From Octopus bimaculoides (lineage: Eukaryota): a stretch of 64,000 bases of DNA. Each line of letters begins with the position of its first letter. Positions within the stretch are counted from its first letter, which is position 1. The position numbers and the translations under genes are program-made. The notes under the pieces were generated by a model, which searched no databases, was not told where the DNA came from, and saw only the letters and a list, made by a program, of their open reading frames with translations. Below, piece by piece: positions 13,466-26,660 of this stretch. The stretch covers positions 156,842,733 to 156,906,732 of the forward strand of contig NC_068982.1 in NCBI RefSeq assembly GCF_001194135.2. Direction: 5' to 3'.

Positions 13466-13514
<49 letters not shown>

Positions 13515-13798
13515 CAGATAGAGGGAGAGAGAGATAGACGGAGAGAGAGGTGGAGAGACGGAGAGAGCGAGGTGGAGAGAGAGAAAGTGGAGATAGATAG
13601 AGAGATAGGTGGAGAGAGAGACAGATAGAGAGCGAGAGAAGTGGTAAGAGAGATAGAGAGAAAGGAGTAGATAGAGATAGATAGATAGATAAATAGAGAA
13701 AGAGAGAGAGAGAGAGAGAGAGAGGTGAAGTAGATCAGAGAAAGAAAGGAGGACAGAGAAAAGTGGAGATAGAAAGATAGACTGATAGACAGACAGAC

Positions 13799-13839
<41 letters not shown>

Positions 13840-14000
13840 AGAAGAAGAGAGAGAAGAAGAAGAAGAGAGAGAAAGTGAGGGATAAAAATATTGATAGATA
13901 GATAAAAAGATAGACAGATAGAGAGAGAGATAAAAATATAGATAGACAGACAGATAGATAGATTGAGAGGGAGAGACAGAGAGAGAGATAAGAGAGATGT
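13440..14000. repeat. (CA)n, (GATA)n and (GA)n compound tract
   Basis: Directly visible. Confidence 0.95.
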
Positions 14001-14619
14001 ATCATGTAGCTTTTCGTCTTTGTCATTCGGATAATGATTTTTAAAGGTTAGGGTTTGATTTGAGGGAGATTAGACTACAACGTCTTATCCGTGGAAGGAC
14101 CTCTCAAAGGCTTACTTCTTGTGTACCTATGTTTGCGTCATCGTGTGCTGAGGACTATATTATCTAATATATCCTCCTATTTTTAAGACAGTAGTTTGGT
14201 AAATAATGGAGACTTGGCTGTTATTTCAGCTGATGGTAGAAATGATGATGATGATGATGATGATGATGACGACGGCGACGACGACGACGAGACGACGACT
14301 CGTGGTGATGCTGGAGATGATTATAGTGATGACGGAGGTAATATTGATAATGGCAGTCGTGATTCTGATGCTGACGTTGGTGACGTGGGTCAAATCAGTG
14401 ACGAGAGGAAGGGAAGGAAAAGTATAGGTTAATGCCAGTTGAATATGGCAAGGGCCCATCCCGTCAATGGGGATGGGATGAAGAAAAGGGGTCTTTATAT
14501 GAGGCGGGAAACGTCACTTAGCTTTGAGCGAAACTATTACTTCTGCCATATTAACTCTTTTGTATTCGATTATTTTGTAACTAGAAACCGTATCAAAACG
14601 TAATTATTCCATTGCACAC

Positions 14620-14807
14620 CCATTACACACGCATACACACACACGCATACACACACACGCATACACACACACGCATACACACACACGCATACACACACAC
14701 GCGGGCACACAGTCACACACACAACAACAACAACAACAATATGAGAAACGACAACAGTAAGAAAACCAAAGACAACATAAACAATAATATTTACAGCAAC
14801 ACTAAAA

Positions 14808-14850
<43 letters not shown>

Positions 14851-14859
14851 GTTGTTGTT

Positions 14860-14920
<61 letters not shown>

Positions 14921-14945
14921 GTGATGATAATAATAATAATAATGA
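14620..14945. repeat. 14-bp (cacacacacgcata) repeats, (CAA)n, and (TTA)n-(TTG)n-(TAA)n
   Basis: Directly visible. Confidence 0.9.
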
Positions 14946-15302
14946 TAATTTCTTTCAGTGCCACAAGGGCGACGCAAATGGGACATCACATCCACAAATT
15001 AAAATATAATTAAAAATAAAATATAATAATAAATAAATATAGTTTTATTCTCTTTGGGTGAATGAGTAATTTTATATTTGTTATTGCTGTTGTTGTGTTT
15101 AGGCTTTGTTTTGTTTCCCTGAAAACAAGATGGCAAATATGTGTGTTTCTCAGAGTGAGAGAGAGGCAACTGCGTGTATACGTGTTTGTATGTTAGTGTG
15201 CTAATTGTGTTTTTGTGTTTACCTTACTTTCAATGAATAACGATATTACCGAAAACTGTGTTTGTGTGTGAATGCATACACACACACATACACATATAAA
15301 AT

Positions 15303-15346
<44 letters not shown>

Positions 15347-15569
15347 AAAGACGGAGAAAGAGGAAACAAACTAATGCGTCAATTCTTGGATTCGGAAGAA
15401 TGCTTCAGTGTTTAAATAATCGTCATAAAAGAATAGATATATTAATTTAATTAAATCAAAGTTTAAAATGTTCCCATCACAAGTGACTAAATGCATTTTA
15501 GCATTCTACTACTATTGTTATTAATATTACTGATGCATTTTGCACAGAGTACTTTTCTTGATGTTGTTA

Positions 15570-15683
15570 TCGTGTTTATTATTATAATTGTTGTTGTTGT
15601 TGTTGTTGTTGTTCTTCTTCTTCTTCTTCTTCTTCTACTACTACTTCTTCTTCTTCTTCTTCTTCTTTTGTTGGAGCTTATCG

Positions 15684-15734
<51 letters not shown>

Positions 15735-15759
15735 CTATTATTATTATTAATTATTATTA

Positions 15760-15813
<54 letters not shown>

Positions 15814-15815
15814 TT
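15570..15815. repeat. Compound trinucleotide tract (TTG, TTC, CTA, CAT, TAT)
   Basis: Directly visible. Confidence 0.95.
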
Positions 15816-16239
15816 CCCATTTGTCATATTTTGTATGCTTTAATCTTTGAACCTTTGACTGTCTCGCTTTCAATACCCACTCTGGCAGAAAAAGAAGATA
15901 TTCGCTACAGAACCTATTTGTTGAACAGTTTTCCTTGCTGTTTCTTTTAGTTGTTCCTGTTGTAATTGTTGTTGTTTGGCCCGGATTTGGGCATATTCGT
16001 ATTATAGTTTTACAGCTATTTTTTTCCTTTTCATATCTTAGTCTCACGTGGAAAGACACACATTTTTCAGAAACACCTATAGTGTTGAAGGCAAGTAAGA
16101 CATTATACCCAGACCAGTGTCAACGTTTAAACGCTTTCAAAAGTGCGTAGTCTACTATAGACAGGTAAGTGATATGCGATGTTGATGTTAATCCGAGAAA
16201 CGATTTAATCCTGCTTTCTAAGAATGGGAATGCTAACTA

Positions 16240-16385
16240 CTACAGCTTTCACTTCCATCTACATTTCACCGAGAAGGCTTTGGGTAACTTAACATTATGA
16301 TAAAAGCGTTTTATCCAGTGTGTTGCGCAGTTCGACCGACTTCGAAACCAGTTCTCTAAGTACGAAATCCTTAACTGCACAACTA
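16240..16385 (-). mobile_element. SINE family A, very degraded 5' half
   Basis: ctttcacttccatctacatttcaccgagaaggctttgg aligns to the reverse complement of the family A segment ccaaagccttgtgagtggatttggtagacggaaactgaaag. Confidence 0.5.
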
Positions 16386-16513
16386 GGTTTGTGACAATGT
16401 TCTTAATTCACAGTAAAATATAAAGCCTAAAATATAGTCGATTTAGATAATATCTATAGAAGTACTCGTTAGATTGAATTTTATTAAAAATATAGAAAAA
16501 TGAATTAATAGAT

Positions 16514-16691
16514 GCAGGAGTGGCTGTGTGGTAAGTAGCTCGATTACCAAACCCATGGTTCCGGGTTCAGTCCTGCTGCGTGGCAGCTTGGGCAAATGTA
16601 TTCTTCTATAGCCTCAGGCGGACCAAAGCCTTGCGAGTGGATTTGGTAGACGGAAACTGAAATAAGCACGTCGTATATCTATATCTATATC

Positions 16692-16762
<71 letters not shown>

Positions 16763-16975
16763 GTGTGCGTGTGTGTATTTGTCCCCTACCATCGCTTGCC
16801 ACCCGATGCTGGTTTGTTTACGTCCCAGTCATCTAGCAGTTCGGCAAAAGAGACCGCTAAAATAAGTACTAGGCTTGCAAAGAATATGTCCTGGGGTCGA
16901 TTTGTACGACTAAAGGCGGTGCTCCAGCATGACCGCAGTCAAATGACTGCAACACGTACAAGAATGAAATAATAA
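16514..16975 (+). mobile_element. SINE family A, full-length copy with internal (TATC)/(TATG) expansion
   Basis: gcaggagtggctgtgtggtaagtagc head, ccgggttcagtcc B-box, complete body and tail. Confidence 0.95.
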
Positions 16976-16977
16976 AA

Positions 16978-17019
<42 letters not shown>

Positions 17020-17079
17020 GTATCTATCTATCTATCTGTCTATTTGTCTGTCTGTCTGTCTGTCTGTCAGCATGTCTAT

Positions 17080-17120
<41 letters not shown>

Positions 17121-18713
17121 CATATTTTATTGCATCTTGGACGATGAAATGAAACACAACCTCTGTGAGATATTTGAACGATAGTGTAAAGCGAGATGAA
17201 TAAAAAGATAAAGCATTTAATCTGATGCTCAACTAATTCATCAATCAGCGACAAAGCCTTTAATAGATGTATTACCCAAGCAGGAATTGCAAACATAGGA
17301 CCCTTTTACACTCTTGAATAAAGAGCAGACGCAACATAATGTAGTTATACACGAATGGGTTAGTGGTCAAGACTAGAATACCTTAGAACTGCCTAATGGG
17401 ACCAGTGAAAAAGGTCAGAAAAATTTGAATAAATGCCTGGCATTCTTTTTTGCTTCATTGCTGTATTTAAGTTATTAATGAATACATATTTTCCATATAC
17501 TTATAATGTCCATTAAAAATTGTATTATCATTTTGCACAAAACTTCCATTGTCAGTTAATAAGCAACCTACGGCATTTGTTTAGCTTAAGTATGGTCCAT
17601 AAAGGGAATGTAAAATTTATTCCAGGTACATGGTTCCTAACCAAAACCGGAAAATTTCAATTAATTTAAAATAATTTTTGATAGTAATTTCTAATTATTT
17701 TTACTTCAGCTCGCAATTAAATATATTTTATCAAGGACGTCTAGGCGTAGCCATTACATTTTTCTTTTCTATATTATGCTATAAATCTGTCTGGATTTCA
17801 AAAGTGAGACTAAAATCACTGGTAATTTAGCTGTTATTTCAAGCAGGTTAAATGACTCATCATAGTTCGATATTTACAATATAGATACATAATTTTGAAA
17901 TGTATATGTACGTTTATTTCTGATATGCTATTTGTCTCCAGTCAATTGGAACGTACCTACCATTATTGCCACATCGAAGGTAAAAATATATACATCTATT
18001 TTTTTGATAATTTTTGATTTCAGTATTTAATACTGATATATGCTTTATAAAGTATTTTCTGTGATTGTTTTGACATTAAATTTCTTTTGCCGTGAGATTT
18101 CAGATTCACACTTGACCTATGATAAATAACAGCAGCTCCAACTTTTTTGTTTTGTTTTGAACGCAAACACGATATGATTGCAAAAAAGTTATCGAATAAT
18201 ACATAATGAATATTTGCATATACGAGTGAGTGTATGTGTGTGTGTGTTTGTGTGCGTGTGCGTGCGTGCGCGTGTATGTGTATGTGTGTGCGCGTTTGTG
18301 TGTGCTCCGGTTTGTGTGTGTATGTGTGTGTAGATATGTGTACGTACAGACAAATATTGACATTGCATCGCAAATGTGAGTTATATTCTGAGTCCATGCC
18401 AAGCAGTCGTCAGAGGGTGAGCTGAAACCGTACTAAAACTATCGGAGACTGTTGAGGTTTTTTTCTTTATTATGTCGGTTACTCAGCATTGTAATATGGG
18501 TTGTATAAGGCATAACTCAGAGTATATAACAATTGATAGGGGTCAGGTATTTTTGTCTTGGAGGTGAAGTACTTAAATGTCATATAAGTTCAAAGAATAA
18601 CAAAAATAATAAAACAAACAAGTGGCAGATATTCAAATTTATACAGTAATGCGCTGGAGGTAGATAGTTGAGAGTGATAAGTTTTCAGTGACAATATCAG
18701 TATCAAATATATA

Positions 18714-18941
18714 TTGGGTTGTCCGGAAAGTTCGTGCCGATTTATAGTAGCTTACCTTTCGACTTATTTGCCATGAAACCACCTCAATTCTGGGAAGAAG
18801 GTATTTTCAAGTTAAAGGAATGATGAAGACGCATTGTGCAACAAAATGGTTCATATTTGGTTGATTAAAAATGCAATGGCAAGTATTTATCGACATTTTT
18901 CTTTCCTTTAAAAATCGGCAAGAACTTTCTGGACAACCCAA
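18714..18941 (+). mobile_element. 228-bp internally deleted mariner (MITE-like)
   Basis: 30-bp TIRs (ttgggttgtccggaaagttcgtgccgattt; 28/30 match by hand) flanked by TA on both sides. The interior encodes KPPQFWEEGIFKLKE**RRIVQQNGSY, the mariner transposase C-terminus. Confidence 0.92.
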
Positions 18942-19893
18942 TAAAATATAGACGCGTTTACATAAGTGAGGTCGGTAACGGAGAGAATATCACTTCTCTT
19001 GAATGCAGATAATACTGATCAATTCAGTCCAGTTCTTTCATTGCTTTAGGATGTACAAGCCTTTCTTCGTTTTAAAGAAATTCACTTTGTTGATATCTTA
19101 TCTTCCCTTGAATATTTCTATTATATACAGTTTATTTCAGTTCCTTAGAGCTGTGATTTGAAATGCTTCATCTTTTATATGCTTTATCAAATTTCACAAG
19201 GGCAATAACTATCCATATTTACATGTCGTCAGTAATAATAGTACACCCCTCTTCAACTTAAAGTAAAATACTGGAAGCTCTACAATGATACTAAGGGATA
19301 ATGTGACTTGCATACGTTCAGTAGGGTTTCGCTGTCTTTCAACAACAGTTTGGCATATGTTGAGCGTAGAAATCATTTTAATAATACATAATTTAACATA
19401 GATTTCAAACTACTCTATGCAAATTATACTACCAAGAATTCTGAGAAAAGGAAAGAGAATCGGGATAAATATTTTCAAGAGATAACTTGCCATTCTGGTG
19501 TCCTAGATCCCAAATGAAACTATATCACGACAAGAAAGTCAAAAGTTGGTAGCAATATCAATCCCCTTTCATCTCCAAAAGCTAATCACAAGAGAATGTT
19601 CGTTGAAAAGACGATAATACTGTACGACCACTGCCTTTGGGCGAAAAAGCATAAAAGAATAAAGAAACGCTTACTCTATTTTTTATGTAAACAACTTACG
19701 CGTGCGCGCGTACACCTATATATACAACTATAGCTAAAAGAAAAAGTTCATGGTGGTTTCAAAGTTGCGACGAACACAACTGAGCCGGACTTGGAAGTCA
19801 CTATGACGTTTTCCTTGTAGAAGTAAACCTAATAGTCTGCTTAAATATATTAATGGTTGATTTTATCTTTATGTATCTTTAAATAAAAGCATA

Positions 19894-19894
<1 letters not shown>

Positions 19895-19958
<64 letters not shown>

Positions 19959-19975
19959 CTCTCTCTATCTCTCTA

Positions 19976-20042
<67 letters not shown>

Positions 20043-20121
20043 ATCTATCTATATATATATATATATACACACACATAGATATACAATAATTGCATATATA
20101 CACTCACACTATTTGAATACA

Positions 20122-20154
<33 letters not shown>

Positions 20155-20206
20155 GTATATAAACATACAAACATACACACATACATATGTACATATGTAT
20201 ATATAT

Positions 20207-20259
<53 letters not shown>
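19895..20259. repeat. (TCTA)n, (CT)n, (TACA)n and (CA)n tract running into a 740-N gap
   Basis: Directly visible. Confidence 0.95.
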
Positions 20260-21936
20260 NNNNNNNNNNNNNNNNNNNNNNNNNNNNNNNNNNNNNNNNN
20301 NNNNNNNNNNNNNNNNNNNNNNNNNNNNNNNNNNNNNNNNNNNNNNNNNNNNNNNNNNNNNNNNNNNNNNNNNNNNNNNNNNNNNNNNNNNNNNNNNNNN
20401 NNNNNNNNNNNNNNNNNNNNNNNNNNNNNNNNNNNNNNNNNNNNNNNNNNNNNNNNNNNNNNNNNNNNNNNNNNNNNNNNNNNNNNNNNNNNNNNNNNNN
20501 NNNNNNNNNNNNNNNNNNNNNNNNNNNNNNNNNNNNNNNNNNNNNNNNNNNNNNNNNNNNNNNNNNNNNNNNNNNNNNNNNNNNNNNNNNNNNNNNNNNN
20601 NNNNNNNNNNNNNNNNNNNNNNNNNNNNNNNNNNNNNNNNNNNNNNNNNNNNNNNNNNNNNNNNNNNNNNNNNNNNNNNNNNNNNNNNNNNNNNNNNNNN
20701 NNNNNNNNNNNNNNNNNNNNNNNNNNNNNNNNNNNNNNNNNNNNNNNNNNNNNNNNNNNNNNNNNNNNNNNNNNNNNNNNNNNNNNNNNNNNNNNNNNNN
20801 NNNNNNNNNNNNNNNNNNNNNNNNNNNNNNNNNNNNNNNNNNNNNNNNNNNNNNNNNNNNNNNNNNNNNNNNNNNNNNNNNNNNNNNNNNNNNNNNNNNN
20901 NNNNNNNNNNNNNNNNNNNNNNNNNNNNNNNNNNNNNNNNNNNNNNNNNNNNNNNNNNNNNNNNNNNNNNNNNNNNNNNNNNNNNNNNNNNNNNNNNNNA
21001 CACACACACACACACACACAAATAACAAACACAAACAAAAAGAAAATCAAAGAACTAAATAGATATTCAGTTATTGCTCATACGTTTGTTTCGGTCTTTG
21101 AGAATTTTCTTGATTTCGTTTCTTTTTTACTTTTTTTTCTTTTTTTTTTCCTTGTACACTTTTGGTTTTACTAGAATGATGTTCATGAAGAGACCTTTAA
21201 ATGTGACATAATCGAAGAATGTAAGAAAACAAGCCAAAAGAAATATGAAGAGCAAGTCAACTAGGAAATATCTAGTAAATCACGATTCAACGTTGATAAA
21301 ACATGCAAACATATAACTACAGGACACACAGATTATATGACAAGGATTTATATAAACATTATACAGCAACATAAAGAGTTACATGTACACACACAAACAT
21401 ACACTAAAGTTTGCTTATAGATATCGATTTAGACATACGTACTGTCATTACTTACAATACGTACAAAACTACTCGCCTATTCTCTGTATATCTGTCTTTC
21501 TTTCTGTCTATACATACATACACATGTGTATGCGCACACATACCTAACCTCTCTCCCTCTCTCTTTCTATATATATATATATATNNNNNNNNNNNNNNNN
21601 NNNNNNNNNNNNNNNNNNNNNNNNNNNNNNNNNNNNNNNNNNNNNNNNNNNNNNNNNNNNNNNNNNNNNNNNNNNNNNNNNNNNNNNNNNNNNNNNNNNN
21701 NNNNNNNNNNNNNNNNNNNNNNNNNNNNNNNNNNNNNNNNNNNNNNNNNNNNNNNNNNNNNNNNNNNNNNNNNNNNNNNNNNNNNNNNNNNNNNNNNNNN
21801 NNNNNNNNNNNNNNNNNNNNNNNNNNNNNNNNNNNNNNNNNNNNNNNNNNNNNNNNNNNNNNNNNNNNNNNNNNNNNNNNNNNNNNNNNNNNNNNNNNNN
21901 NNNNNNNNNNNNNNNNNNNNNNNNNNNNNNNNNNNN

Positions 21937-21986
<50 letters not shown>

Positions 21987-22039
21987 ATTTGTGAGTGTAT
22001 GTGCGTATGTGTTTGGGTGTCTGATTGTGTGTATGTATC

Positions 22040-24098
22040 AAGTGGATAAAGCTATGGGATTTTATTCTCGACGAATGTAGTGTCTTTTAGAAGCCACGTT
22101 TTATAAGGTTCCTAGTGTCGTTCTACAACGTATGTAAAGCATAGAACATTGGGAAACAGAACTAACAGCAGGAGGACACCAACTTGGTATAGTGAGAACA
22201 CATCGCCTTATTTTCAAGGTGATGGACAATTGCTTTTGCCGTATGTCATAGGTCTCATCCAACTCTTCCTAGATTTGCAAAACATAAAAAGCTGGATATA
22301 ATCTAAGAAAAGACCGACAGATAATTAAGCATTTGCTGTTCATGGATCACCTAAATTCAGGTAGCAACACTGAGAGAGAATTGGATACCTTTGAGGTACA
22401 ATGAGGGTGTTTTACAATAGCATTAGAATTATTATTTAGTATTTCTAAGTGTGTAACACATATTAGGAAAAACGCAAAATTCCACGAAACAGTGGAATAA
22501 ATCTACGAATCGAGAAGATGCATGATGTTGAGATAATTGTCGATATATATGTATATCTGAGAGTGCTGGTTGCTGATGCTATAAAATATAACATAACGAA
22601 TGGCAAAAAACTGAAAAAATATTTCCGAAAATTAAGGAGGATACTAAAACCAAAATTCACTGTCATTAATAACATCGCAGCTAGAAATTTAACCCGTGTA
22701 TCTATCATCACATACTACACCGGGATAATGACATGTAGAAAGGTAGATATGCAGGAGGTAGATTGATAAACAAGGAAACAACTGATAAAACACAGAGATT
22801 TAAACTCACAGGCAGACGTTGACAATTTGAAAGTGTAGAAAATAAGAAAGGAGAAATGAGAACTGTAGAAGCCTGTGTAAAGGAAAAAGCAAAGTCTAAG
22901 ATAATATGTTGTTGAAGGTAATGTGAAACGCATTTAATAAAATTAAGAAGTACATTGGTAAGTGAGTGAGTTAGAAAGCATTGATACGAATAAGAACGTT
23001 TACACAGGAAGATACTTTTCAATGTATTGAAGGGTGTCGAGCCTCAAAGTAATTAAGATGGATTAAGAGAATTTTGAAGAAAATAGACTGAGCATTTGAT
23101 CCTAGCCGCAGAGCATCGATTAAGCGGAACGAGAAATATATATAAGAAGACATCTTAGATTGTGCGGCCAAAAGGAATAGAGTTTATGCATGGAGCCTTT
23201 GAAAGTAAAATGCTTGCTCAGAGCGGTGTTAAGTCATGCGAACAGAATAGCTATAATCATGCAATAATAAACTGGCGAAGCTATAACAAAAATTTGTTTG
23301 CGAACAATTGGAAATTGGTATGACCATAAACGAGAACTCGTCCTTGAAAAGCTATATGTGAAGGTACCCAAGATATTTTTGTACTCATGAAAGAAGAGTG
23401 TGTTTAATCTATGTTACTTACTCATCTGATATCATACTAGTGAAGAAATAATTTCAGATACCAAACAGAAAAAGGAAACAGAATCTGAAATTGCAGAACG
23501 ATATCATCCGAATAACACTAGAAGTGTTAGGAATAGTTGCAGGGCGTTTGAATTGTTTGTTGGACATGATGGACAGAGATAAACTTCGTGATTCAACAGA
23601 GAGCTTTTTGTCTTGGCATAGCAAAGAATATAGGAAAGTAACTAGTTTCCTAAGACTGGGGTATGCTGCTTCATATCTAGCAATCCTGTATCAGTGGTAC
23701 AACATGACTTCCTCATAAAGAGCGACCATACTATTGAACCAAGAAGACCAGATATGAGTAAAGAGTACAAAATAAAGAAACAGTGTAGCATCATAGATTT
23801 TTAATTCCCTCCGTTAGCAGAGTCGTTACGGAAAAAAATTGAGAAATAACAGAATTTGGTCAGAGAGGTGAGGAGACTACGAATGAGCAAGACAGGAATT
23901 ATTGCACTGGTAATTGATGCACTTGTCACAACATTCAAAAAGCTACCTAAAAGACTGAACGAGATAGGAATTAAAACTTGGATTGTCGAACTGAAGGAAA
24001 GTAGCATCGTATGTTTAGCAAGAATCCTAAGAAAGATTTTTGAGATTTGAAGAGACTTGTCACCCAAAACTCAAGATAACATTCCAGCTAACTAGCAT
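22040..24098 (+). mobile_element. R4-clade-like non-LTR retrotransposon relic (RT, CCHC region, RLE endonuclease, 3' UTR), 5'-truncated and frameshifted
   Basis: Fragmentary translations: WETELTAGG..IFQGD; IKHLLFMDHL (YMDD position); KKYFRKLRRILKPK; NSQADVDNL; RLCGQKE; WYDHK; DHTIEPRRPD..IIDF; KYQNL; TWIVELKESSIVCLARILRKIFEI*. These follow the RT to RLE order of R4/Dong-type elements. Confidence 0.88.
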
Positions 24099-24128
24099 GT
24101 ACTTTTCATATATACATATATGTATATA

Positions 24129-24171
<43 letters not shown>

Positions 24172-24174
24172 GTA

Positions 24175-24223
<49 letters not shown>

Positions 24224-24809
24224 NNNNNNNNNNNNNNNNNNNNNNNNNNNNNNNNNNNNNNNNNNNNNNNNNNNNNNNNNNNNNNNNNNNNNNNNNNNNN
24301 NNNNNNNNNNNNNNNNNNNNNNNNNNNNNNNNNNNNNNNNNNNNNNNNNNNNNNNNNNNNNNNNNNNNNNNNNNNNNNNNNNNNNNNNNNNNNNNNNNNN
24401 NNNNNNNNNNNNNNNNNNNNNNNNNNNNNNNNNNNNNNNNNNNNNNNNNNNNNNNNNNNNNNNNNNNNNNNNNNNNNNNNNNNNNNNNNNNNNNNNNNNN
24501 NNNNNNNNNNNNNNNNNNNNNNNNNNNNNNNNNNNNNNNNNNNNNNNNNNNNNNNNNNNNNNNNNNNNNNNNNNNNNNNNNNNNNNNNNNNNNNNNNNNN
24601 NNNNNNNNNNNNNNNNNNNNNNNNNNNNNNNNNNNNNNNNNNNNNNNNNNNNNNNNNNNNNNNNNNNNNNNNNNNNNNNNNNNNNNNNNNNNNNNNNNNN
24701 NNNNNNNNNNNNNNNNNNNNNNNNNNNNNNNNNNNNNNNNNNNNNNNNNNNNNNNNNNNNNNNNNNNNNNNNNNNNNNNNNNNNNNNNNNNNNNNNNNNN
24801 NNNNNNNNN

Positions 24810-24856
<47 letters not shown>

Positions 24857-25887
24857 TATACCAGTACATATATATGTAAACATATATCAGTATATGCATA
24901 CATCATGTATGCAATAAAACCAATTTTATTTATAGCAGTTGACAATACTTTCGTCCAAATATTTACACTTTACAAGCAAGTTTACACTTCAGTTGTATAT
25001 GTTACTATAGCAACTTCTTTGCAACTAATCGCTTTCAAATTTTAGACAATGACTAATAATCTATATATTTTTACATTAAAAATGTAAAGCACAACATCTT
25101 TTGTATGGAAATAAACATTCGGTCAATTTAGACTCTAAACATAATTTGTCCAACGCTATTCACTGTTTTTTCTTCTCTTATATTCTTGTTGATTAAACAA
25201 TATAAAGCTTAGAATTACATTATTTCACTATGAGGTATTACATATGATATATAATTGTAAGGCATAAGATAATGATTAGTCTAACTCGGCGTCTTTGATC
25301 TAACAACATAAACAAGATTCAAATTTTCTTCGTAATTATATGTGTCGTTATAGATTTTTGGCTTCAATCAAGAAATCCTTTCATAGATAGCTTCACCATT
25401 TGTATATACGCATAGATAAACATACGCGCATACACACACGAATACACAACTGCGGACAGCAGCAGTGGATTCATATTGAAACACGGAGACACATTAACGG
25501 GTACACATCAAACATCCATGAACAAACACACGTGTGCATGTGTATACATGTATACACACACACACACACACACACACACAGATAGATACAGCCACACATT
25601 GAAACATCGACAAACATATAGCTATGTGAGTCTTTGTGTGTATGCGTATACACAGACTTACACCCACACAAACATATATATTCATATGTATATGCATCAA
25701 TTTCAAAAGCTTGAAAGATGGTCTTAAACGGCGTGGAGGAAACACACACATTGGTGCGCACGCTCTCTCACACACACACGCATACACACGCATACATGCA
25801 TGCAACTAGTTAAATATATGATTCGTTGGGGAAAAGCCTTCTGCAACGATGACATGAATAAACACATGTACACATATAAATACACAA

Positions 25888-25932
<45 letters not shown>

Positions 25933-25942
25933 NNNNNNNNNN

Positions 25943-25986
<44 letters not shown>

Positions 25987-26240
25987 CACACATTAATGCA
26001 CACGGATACAAACAGAGAGATTGACAGACAGACAAACAGACACAATACACTCTTATTCATGCTCCTTACCAATTTAGGATTCTTAGAAATATTGCCTGGT
26101 TACATTCGTGTTCCGTTTTACACTATAAGGAATGAACGTTACTCGTTTCCAAGACGACGTTGAATACATATGCGAATAGAGGCTTCAGTAGATCAACGTA
26201 CACGCATTATTTAGAAGGGAAAGAGAAATATATTGAATTT

Positions 26241-26396
26241 GCATGGCTGTCTGTTAAGAAGTTTTCTTCCCAAACATCTACATTTGCTTGAGCAATTGTT
26301 TTGTACTGTAGCACTATAGTCTCTGGTGTACCAAGTCTTGCGAGTGGATTAGGTAGATGAAAACTGAGAGCAGCCCATTAAATATATATATATATA
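26241..26396 (+). mobile_element. SINE family A, diverged 5' half ending in (TA)n
   Basis: gcatggctgtctgttaagaag head and ccaagtcttgcgagtggattaggtagatgaaaactgagagcagccc. Confidence 0.7.
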
Positions 26397-26593
26397 NNNN
26401 NNNNNNTTATGTTTTATTTATATTCCTGCAGAACCAATGTGGGGTATAGAATATGGAATATACAATATATAATATAAAATAAAATAAAATAAAAATGGAT
26501 GGCACCATGAAAGAAAGTATTGAATGTAGATGAAATATTGAGTGTTCAATATAAAGGATCAAATATATAAACATATAAATATAAATATATAAA

Positions 26594-26633
26594 GGCGACT
26601 CGAGTTTCAGGGCTATTTCCCTTCGTCATGGCC
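26594..26633 (-). ncRNA. Minimal type-I hammerhead ribozyme-like motif with a 1-nt insertion in the core
   Basis: Minus strand reads GGC-CaUGACGA-AGGG(aaauag)CCCU-GAA-ACUCGAGU-C-GCC: 3-bp stem I, perfect 4-bp stem II, palindromic stem III, GUC cleavage triplet. Confidence 0.65.
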
Positions 26634-26660
26634 GGTATGACAGACTTTAACAGATGTGGG

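Noticed and set aside
14428-14556. Short terminal inverted repeat (aatatggca/tgccatatt) around a ccatcc/ggatgg hairpin
   Set aside because: The arms are only about 9-12 bp with no clear TSD; could be chance.
16071-16164. Plus-strand exon-like segment with a strong gtaagt donor
   Set aside because: Stops in all three frames and no other support.
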